Source: Paraspadella gotoi
Lineage: Eukaryota > Animalia > Chaetognatha
Assembly (NCBI GenBank): GCA_051294375.1
Contig: CM119265.1
Span: 1 to 64,000 of the forward strand
Length of the DNA: 64,000 nucleotides
Direction of reading: 5' to 3'
The notes under the pieces were generated by a model, which saw nothing but the letters and a program-made list of their open reading frames with translations, was not told where the DNA came from and did no database searches. The position numbers and the translations under genes were made by a program. Position 1 is the stretch's first letter, and the number at the start of each line of letters is the position of its first letter. Shown here piece after piece: positions 1-7,476 of the stretch.

Positions 1-246
1 TCATTCGTGAGGCAAAAGCATCACTCTTATCCCCGCCACACTTGGCGAGACCGACATTAGGACGAAGCCAACCTTCAAGAGGGAGAAGAAGAGGACCTCA
101 ACACCTTCTGAGGTAAGATTGGGTGAATGAGATCGGGATTAAGCAATCACCCAATTCGCTCACGCCCTTCCTCTCTCTTTTTATCATAAACGTCAACTGG
201 AGTCAACAATTTCGTCGACGAACGATCAGCAAGCCCAAACGCATCG

Positions 247-1328
247 ATGAGCGACTCCGACCTGCGCTCAAGACTCCGATCCGCTCAGCGCGTCACCGAG
301 GACCCTCGGGACGGCACGACATCGCTACAGGTCCCAATTGGATTCGGAAGAGGCACGCGATCTCGCTCGACATCACCGACATTCGTTGACGCCGCGCCGA
401 CCTTCAGTTTCGGAGGCGTCAACGCCGAAAACTTCCGCGACGCCGATATGGCCACCGGCGACTCGATTCCACGCGATTTGAACGACGAAAACGCCGAACT
501 ACGTGCAGCCCTCGCCGCTGCAACAAGGGCGTTAGAAAGAGCTTCAAATCGAAAACCGGATCTCCCGGAATTCGACAAGGACAACATAGAGATATGGATA
601 AAACGCGTGGAGGCTGCATACACGCGCGCCGGCGTCGTCACACCAAAGGCAAAATTCGCTCATTTAGAGTCGAAAATTGGAGTGAAAGAGACCCAAAGAT
701 AAATCAGTTCCTCTACGGCGAAACGACGGAGGAAACGTGGGGACTCTTTCTGGAATACCTGAGAAAGGAGTACGGGCTCACCCGTCGCCAACAGGCGGCC
801 AATTTATTGGACGCCATCGACTCGGACGGCATGAAGCCGTCAAGAATCCTCGCGCGCCTTGAGGAAAGAACCCGGACCCTAACCTTAGACGACGTCCGCA
901 AGGAAAGAGTTCTGAGGGAGTTGCCTGCAGCAGTGCGTCGACAACTTGAAGACAAAGCTGATGAGTTATCAGCATCGAAGCTTTGTGAATTGGCGGATCG
1001 GCATTTTGATAGTGAGGGAAACCTCAAAATCAAACAATCTTCTTCTCTCATCAGCCACGTCGAACAGGGAAGGCGAGAGCAAAGCGAAACAGATTCTGGA
1101 GAAGAGGAGAGCATCAACGCCATCGCCAATAACCGGAAGAAGACCTTCAATGGAAAAAAGAGGCAATATCAGGCGCCAAAGGGCAAATCAAAGTCGAAAC
1201 TCCTCACTTTATGCCAAAAACATGTGAAATTTGGCGACGACGCCTGGAGCTGTGAGCCTGGGTGCTCAAAGTATGAGGAGACCAAGAAAAAGAGTGAGGG
1301 AAACGGAAGAGGGGGACGACGTCGGTGA
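247..1328 (+). CDS. gag: Gag of A1, split by an apparent 1-nt deletion near 690
   Basis: ORFs 247-702 and 594-1328 join into a protein colinear with the Gag at 29906; CQKHVKFGDDAWSCEPGC knuckle; the copy at ~14540 has the extra base restoring frame. Confidence 0.9.
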
Positions 1329-1340
1329 ATGCCGTCCCCC
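1298..1340 (+). promoter_or_regulatory. -1 programmed ribosomal frameshift signal
   Basis: G GGA AAC heptamer in the Gag frame, 6-nt spacer, GGGGGACG..CGTCCCCC stem; pol lies in the -1 frame. Confidence 0.85.
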
Positions 1341-4300
1341 AATCATCAGATAAATCACCGATGCAAAGTGACCTCCTTTTCATTCGCGACTCAAAGGACA
1401 AAACCAAATGGTTAGTTGACGGGGGAGCGCTCCTGTCAATAGTCCCTCCAACACAAGAACAACGTCGAAAGGGCCCAAATCCAGAAGTAAAGCTTCAGGC
1501 CGCCAACGGCTCACCGATAAGTTGTTTTGGAAAGATTGAAAGGACTGTGCAATTAGGCAAACGAAATTTTCAATACGAATTTATAATCGCTGACGTTAAA
1601 CAGCATATTTTGGGAGCTGATTTTTTGGCAGACAATTTCTTAGCCCCAAACCACCGTGACGGTTTATTGTTGGACCTACGCGACTATTCAGTCATCGCAG
1701 CGTCAATAACGTCGACAGCGTCAGAAACCACAGCACATGTACACTTCGTAGATCGGCAAGGAGAGAAGTATTACAAACTTCTGGACTCATTCCCCTCGCT
1801 CTCGACACCCACGTTTGAACTCAAAGAGCCTAGACACGGAGTAACTCACGCCATCCCCACTGAAGGCAGGCCTTGCCAATCAAGGGCCCGCCGATTGGAT
1901 CCGGAGAAATTAGCCGTCGCTAAAAAGGAACTGGAAAAAATGGTTTCCCTTGGCATTGCCAAGCGCGGCAAATCAGAGTGGTCGTCACCACTGCACGTCG
2001 TCTCCAAGCCAGACGGCGGATGGAGGTGTTGTGGGGACTATAGGCGGTTAAATGCACAAACAATAGACGATAAATACCCGGTTAAGCTATTATCAGACTT
2101 CAACTCGCAATTAGAAGGCAAAACCATCTNNNNNNNNNNTGACTTGTTGAAGGGATATCACCAGATCCCGGTGAATGAAGCTGACATCAAAAAAACCGCG
2201 GTAATTACACCATTCGGGCTATATGTGTTTCCCCGCTGTCCATTCGGCCTCAAAAATGCTGGACAAGATTTCCAGCGGTTGATGGACGAGATTCTGGGGG
2301 ATATTCCCCATACGTTTGTATACCTGGACGATATTCTCGTCGCATCGACAACGCCTGAAGAGCACTATGAAGACCTTGAACGAGTATTCAAGGCCCTCGA
2401 CGCAAATGGCCTTGTAGTGAACACTAAGAAGTGCTTACTAGGACAAGAGTCGCTCGAATTCTTAGGTTTCTTAGTAGACAAAAACGGGGTTCGACCATTG
2501 CCAGAAAGAGTGCAGACGCTACAGGAGACCACCAGGCCAACAACCATCAAAGAACTGCAGCGATTCCTGGGCATGATAAACTATTATCGCCGCTTTATAC
2601 CCAGGGTCGCTCATCGTTGTGCAGCTCTTTATGAGGCCTTAAGTGGCAAACCCAAAACGCTCAACTGGACAACGGAGTGCGAAAAAGCCTTCACTGCAAT
2701 AAAAGAAGGCCTCATCCAGGCAGCGTTGTTACATCACCCAAGAACTGGAGCACAGCTTTGCGNNNNNNNNNNCGCGTCCGACCAAGCAGTGGGCGCCGTC
2801 CTTGAGCAGCGAGGCCCGAAAGGTTGGGAGCCTCTGGCCTTCTTCTCGGCCAAGCTCGCCAAAAATCAGAAGCTTTGGCCGCCGTTCGATAAGGAACTCT
2901 TCGGCGCCTTCAAGGCGGTCCGCCATTTTAGGCATTGGATAGAGGGCCGTTCATTCACTCTATACACGGACCACCAAAGCTTGGTGACGGCAATACGGAA
3001 AAAATCTGAGCCACAGACGATGCGTCAGTCCTACCAGTTATCAGTCATCGCGGAATTTACGACTGACGTCCGCTATCTGAAGGGCAAGGCCAATGTGGTG
3101 GCCGACGCCCTCTCCAGACCAAATGCTCAACCACCAACGCGTCAAACACCAACAGACCCGCCGACATCATCGTCAACGCCTTCAGTGCCGTCGACGACAA
3201 ATTCGACAGAGCCGACGCCACCATCAGCGCCTCTAGTAGCGTCAACAGCATCGACAACGCCCTCAGCGACATCGACGCCATCATCGACGCCTTCAGCGAC
3301 AGCGACGCCATCATCGACGCCTTCAGCGAATTCGACGCCAACATCGACGCCTCCAGCAGCATCGACACCAGCGTCAACGCCCCAACAAGCGTCAACGTCA
3401 ACATCAGCGTCATCAGCAGACTCAAAATCGATCAAACCAAATCGCATGGAAGATACAATGGCGCTGATAGCGTCATTAACGTCATTCGAAGTGGACTTCG
3501 AGCAAATGGCAAGCGAGCAAGCTCTGGATTCAGAATATCAACAGATCGCAGAGGAGGCCAGATCGGGCCTAACATTTCGAAAAATAAAAATCGGAAATCA
3601 GGACCTCTTAGTTGATATATCAAATGGGCCGGCTCGACCATTTGTGCCAGCAGCATGGCGCAAAAGAATCTTTGATATCATACATGGATTAGGACATCCA
3701 GGCGTCGACGCTACAAGAAAGGCGATAGCAGCAAAATTTGTCTGGAAAAACATGCGCCAAGACGTATCACAATGGGCAAGAGAATGTGTAGAATGCCAAA
3801 GGGCCAAAATTACTCGACACATAATCCCTGAGATAGGCGAGTTCAAGATACCGCCACGTAGGTTCCAGCATGTCAACTTAGACTTGGTAAAAATGCCAAG
3901 CTCAAACGGATACAAACATTTACTTACAATAGTAGATCGTTTTTCTAGATGGCCAGCGGCCATCCCGTTACAAGACACCTTGACAACGACAATATTAGAT
4001 GCACTGAGTTATGGCTGGATCAGCATATTTGGGACCCCCTCAGTAATCACTACTGATCAAGGAACTCAATTTAATTCAGCGTTATGGAAACAGCTCGTCA
4101 AACAATGGGGGATAAAACACCAAACAACAACATCATATCACCNNNNNNNNNNCGGCTTAGTCGAGCGTTTCCATCGACGGCTTAAGGAATCATTACTCGC
4201 TCTTGGAAACGAGGATAAAGAAAAATGGTTTTGGCGATTACCGATGACTCTATTAGCGATTAGAACCACAGTAAAAGAGGACATCGGAGCATCAGCAGCT

Positions 4301-5248
4301 GATATGGTTTTTGGCGAAGGAATCGGCGTGCCTGGATGCATCATCGACAGCGCCCAAAGCGACGACGAGACACTCCAGCGCCAGCGCCGTTCTCAACTCG
4401 CCAGCCTTAGAGTCGAAGTGGCCCGTCTGCAGCCAATAGCGACATCAGCGCATCACAAACCAGCCATTCACATCCCCAACGACCTCGAATCCGCGAAATA
4501 CGTCTTCGTCAAGCGAGCTGGCGTCAACCCGCCATTGATTCCGCCTTACGANNNNNNNNNNCGAGTAATTAGTCGAAGAGGATTGAATATAACGATCGAA
4601 ATCCCCAGCAAAGGCCGCGAAACAATTAATATTGCTCGCGTCAAACCAGCTTGCATTAGCGACGACACGCTGGAGGTCGACTCAGGACACCCTCAACGCC
4701 GCCAACCTGGCCGTCAACCTGGGTTGAGAACTCGGAGAGCATCGCCCACAACTCGAGTGACAAGATCGCGAAATCAGCGCGCCGAATCACCCGAGTCGAC
4801 TAGCTTTACTCCTCCTGCTCCTCTCAATCCTCGATCACCTGGGATCGCTCCTCCTCCTCCCCCTGTTTCTCCTACTCCCTCCTCCTCTTACCCACATGAA
4901 CCCCCAACCACCCCAGACCACCCCCCACCCCCTTTTCGATTTTCCTCCCCATCTTCAGGTCTTCCCGAGGCGACGAGTAAATTGCAATTAGCATNNNNNN
5001 NNNNCGAAGAAGAAAAATCCGACGAAGAGCGGGAGAAACGAAATCAAGGGCCAACGATGGAGAGATTCAGCAAACCAACAGCAGAAAACTTCTCAAGACG
5101 AGCAACAAGCAACACCCGTCCAACATACTCCGTCGTACTGAAGGAGATGCTGCGTCGTCAAGAGATACAAAACAAACAAAGACAAACAAACAAACAAGAA
5201 CAAAAAGAAGAAAAAATTAAAACAAAACCCCCCTGTCGGCCTAACTGA
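1325..5248 (+). CDS. pol: Pol polyprotein of A1 (PR-RT-RNase H-IN), probably made as Gag-Pol by frameshift
   Basis: WLVDGGA protease, YLDD RT, RNase H (..VVADALSR), HHCC zinc finger, DDE core. Confidence 0.96.
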   Translation: MNAVPQSSDKSPMQSDLLFIRDSKDKTKWLVDGGALLSIVPPTQEQRRKGPNPEVKLQAANGSPISCFGKIERTVQLGKRNFQYEFIIADVKQHILGADFLADNFLAPNHRDGLLLDLRDYSVIAASITSTASETTAHVHFVDRQGEKYYKLLDSFPSLSTPTFELKEPRHGVTHAIPTEGRPCQSRARRLDPEKLAVAKKELEKMVSLGIAKRGKSEWSSPLHVVSKPDGGWRCCGDYRRLNAQTIDDKYPVKLLSDFNSQLEGKTIXXXXDLLKGYHQIPVNEADIKKTAVITPFGLYVFPRCPFGLKNAGQDFQRLMDEILGDIPHTFVYLDDILVASTTPEEHYEDLERVFKALDANGLVVNTKKCLLGQESLEFLGFLVDKNGVRPLPERVQTLQETTRPTTIKELQRFLGMINYYRRFIPRVAHRCAALYEALSGKPKTLNWTTECEKAFTAIKEGLIQAALLHHPRTGAQLCXXXXASDQAVGAVLEQRGPKGWEPLAFFSAKLAKNQKLWPPFDKELFGAFKAVRHFRHWIEGRSFTLYTDHQSLVTAIRKKSEPQTMRQSYQLSVIAEFTTDVRYLKGKANVVADALSRPNAQPPTRQTPTDPPTSSSTPSVPSTTNSTEPTPPSAPLVASTASTTPSATSTPSSTPSATATPSSTPSANSTPTSTPPAASTPASTPQQASTSTSASSADSKSIKPNRMEDTMALIASLTSFEVDFEQMASEQALDSEYQQIAEEARSGLTFRKIKIGNQDLLVDISNGPARPFVPAAWRKRIFDIIHGLGHPGVDATRKAIAAKFVWKNMRQDVSQWARECVECQRAKITRHIIPEIGEFKIPPRRFQHVNLDLVKMPSSNGYKHLLTIVDRFSRWPAAIPLQDTLTTTILDALSYGWISIFGTPSVITTDQGTQFNSALWKQLVKQWGIKHQTTTSYHXXXXGLVERFHRRLKESLLALGNEDKEKWFWRLPMTLLAIRTTVKEDIGASAADMVFGEGIGVPGCIIDSAQSDDETLQRQRRSQLASLRVEVARLQPIATSAHHKPAIHIPNDLESAKYVFVKRAGVNPPLIPPYXXXXRVISRRGLNITIEIPSKGRETINIARVKPACISDDTLEVDSGHPQRRQPGRQPGLRTRRASPTTRVTRSRNQRAESPESTSFTPPAPLNPRSPGIAPPPPPVSPTPSSSYPHEPPTTPDHPPPPFRFSSPSSGLPEATSKLQLAXXXXEEEKSDEEREKRNQGPTMERFSKPTAENFSRRATSNTRPTYSVVLKEMLRRQEIQNKQRQTNKQEQKEEKIKTKPPCRPN
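3130..3420 (+). repeat. Coding minisatellite (~30-bp units) giving a Ser/Thr/Pro-rich RH-IN linker
   Basis: repeated gcgacgccatcatcgacgccttca; protein TPSSTPSATA-like units. Confidence 0.8.
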
Positions 5249-5593
5249 CAGTCGGAGCTCTGCATCCATCAGCATCCACGACGATCTTCCTCCCGTATGC
5301 TCCAACTGCCAGTGCCTACAGTATCGGTGTACATATTAAGTTTTGTAAATTTTAGTAATTTTAGTAATCGAAACCTTTTTGAATGTTATGGATTTGTTAT
5401 GGAATTGTAAATGCCGATCGAAGTATTTTTGCATGTTTATACCGGTCGTTAAACCAATCGTTTTTATTTTACACATTTTATATATTCGTATNNNNNNNNN
5501 NTCAAATTGTTATCAACATACTTTCAAACACTCAGATGGACGACAACGTATATGTTATAATTTTATTACCCGTTAAATTACAACAGGGGGGCT

Positions 5594-6321
5594 TGCGGCC
5601 ACCTGAGACAATCGAATCTTATTTAATTTAGAACAAATTGCTCCACAACGGGACTCGAACCATCGAGCTCAGGCCTGGTACACTGAGAGCGACAACTCTC
5701 AGCCATCCAGCGGGCCGAGATCTTTGCAACTAAAACCTTTATATAAAGCTTTAAAACAGATCTCGAAAGCCTTTTGTTTTCTCTGAAACAGTTTGATTGA
5801 TTCATCTGATTTGTAGATGGCTTCCCGCCAAAGAAATCAACTGATTGTTTACTTCTATTGATTGTATTCTTTAGTTGTCAGTCTGCTGGATTTAAACTTG
5901 AAATACAAATGTTCTATTAAAACATTTCTTCATCTGTGTTTTTATTAATAATGTAATAAATACATTAACACTGAGAAAAACAGTTGAAATCGAATCTCGA
6001 ATGCTTTTATCTCTGAATTAATTAATCTTCGACTTTTTAATCTACAAATTAATTAATCTCCGACATTTTATTCTACATTCGAATCTCTATTAATTAATTA
6101 ATCTCGATCCCGTTTTAATCAATGTGAAACTAAATAATTAATCAATTGAAACAAATAAACTGTCTCTTGATCATCAATTATTTCTGGAATCACGTGACTA
6201 CGTTTTCCCTGCGCCACGCTCGTCCCTGTGAGCTACGCCAGCAACTCGCTCCGCTTAGAACTAAGTCACTACGTCGTCGTGTCATTCGTGAGGCAAAAGC
6301 ATCACTCTTATCCCCGCCACA
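5594..6321 (+). repeat. 3' LTR of A1 (~728 bp)
   Basis: TGCGGC...GCCACA termini, starts 2 nt after the PPT, near-identical to 13168-13898. Confidence 0.95.
5641..5716 (-). promoter_or_regulatory. tRNA-like Pol III type-2 promoter module in lineage A U3
   Basis: minus-strand TGGCTGAGAG (A-box-like) 44 nt upstream of B box GGTTCGAGTCCC. Confidence 0.6.
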
Positions 6322-6336
6322 GGGTTAGGGTTAGGG

Positions 6337-6377
<41 letters not shown>

Positions 6378-6441
6378 GGTTAGGGTTAGGGTTAGGGGGG
6401 GGTAGGGTTAGGGTTAGGGTTAGGGTGGTTAGGGTTAGGGT
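6322..6441 (+). repeat. (TTAGGG)n telomeric tract
   Basis: direct read. Confidence 0.98.
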
Positions 6442-7322
6442 TGTAGATGGCGTAAACAACTCACTTTGTGACGAGATGACGCCACCTGATGATTGAGTCG
6501 ATCGGCGAGTGAATGGAGTCGATCGAACGAAAGTGGGCGTGGCCTTCGAGTTGGCGTCGCTTCTGGCGCGGCGTTGGCGTCGCGAGAGGTCAATGAAGTT
6601 GATGGCGTGACTCGGGAAGACCAGAGGTAGGATTCGATAGAGTTATTAGCCTTTTAACCCAAACGCGGAAGTGACGCTGACGTTGGCGTTGACGCACGTG
6701 GCGTGATGTTGTTTATTGAATGTTTGTTAAAATTGACTAAACCAACTTGTTTGGTTATTGATTAAAATGGAACCTTAATAAAATAATCAAAGCATATAGA
6801 TATTCCATTTACTAATTAGTAATTGCAATATCTATATGAGCAATAACAATGCAATGTAAATGAATTAATAATGAAGTAGTAAAACGATTAACAATAATTA
6901 TTAACGAGTCTTTTCGATGTGAATAATTTTGTTTAAACTGATTAAAAGATTTTCCAGACCTTGTGGAAACAACAAAGTAAAAACATATGTTTAAAAATAA
7001 AATATTAAATGATCATTTGTTCTAAAACAATAAAAGAGCAATCTGATTATATAACGAATGAGTTATACAAGTTATATAAGTTAGTTTAAACATTCTAATG
7101 TCATCGGACTGAGTGGCGATGCTGGTAGAGTCGCCGCTCGTGGATCGAAGGTCCCGAGTTCGAGACCAGTCCATCGCCTCTTTTTATTATTATTATTATT
7201 ATTTATAAAATCGATTCGAGTATAAATATGAGTTCGAAAAAAGGTTCTGTATCGATCTGAGATGGCCATTAACTGCATGGATGGATCAACTGTGGATAAA
7301 TAATATCGGGTTCGAATCTACA
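6442..7322 (-). repeat. 3' LTR of B1
   Basis: direct repeat of 12255-13128; adjacent tcccccctg is the minus-strand PPT. Confidence 0.95.
7106..7185 (+). promoter_or_regulatory. tRNA-like Pol III unit in lineage B LTR, antisense to the element
   Basis: A box TGGCGATGCTGG (7114), B box AGTTCGAGACC (7157), T5 run after. Confidence 0.6.
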
Positions 7323-7476
7323 TCCCCCCCTGACGTGAATTATGCAATTCACGGAGAAACGGTTGGGCTCAAGGACCACAGGTTAGTTTGAATTCGAATT
7401 ATTTACAGAGCAAGTACTATTCACATAGTAATAGTGATAATAAAAGTTAGAATATCTATATACAGGTTTTTTAAAC

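Larger units (their letters stand above)
1..6321 (+). mobile_element. Ty3/Gypsy (CsRN1-like) LTR retrotransposon, lineage A, copy A1; 5' LTR cut by the window edge (1-40 only)
   Basis: LTR end ..CCCCGCCACA at 31-40 recurs at 6312-6321; PBS-like TGGCGAGACCGAC at 43; gag, pol, PPT ACAGGGGGG at 5583-5591, 3' LTR, then GGGTTAGGG. Confidence 0.96.

Noticed and set aside
5641-5716. Functional tRNA gene or SINE insertion in the LTRs
   Set aside because: No complete cloverleaf, TSD or tail; it sits at the same position in all family LTRs, so it is treated as an integral promoter-like module
5249-5805. Possible env or third ORF after pol
   Set aside because: The 3' UTRs are only about 150-350 bp and AT-rich; the short ORFs are not conserved
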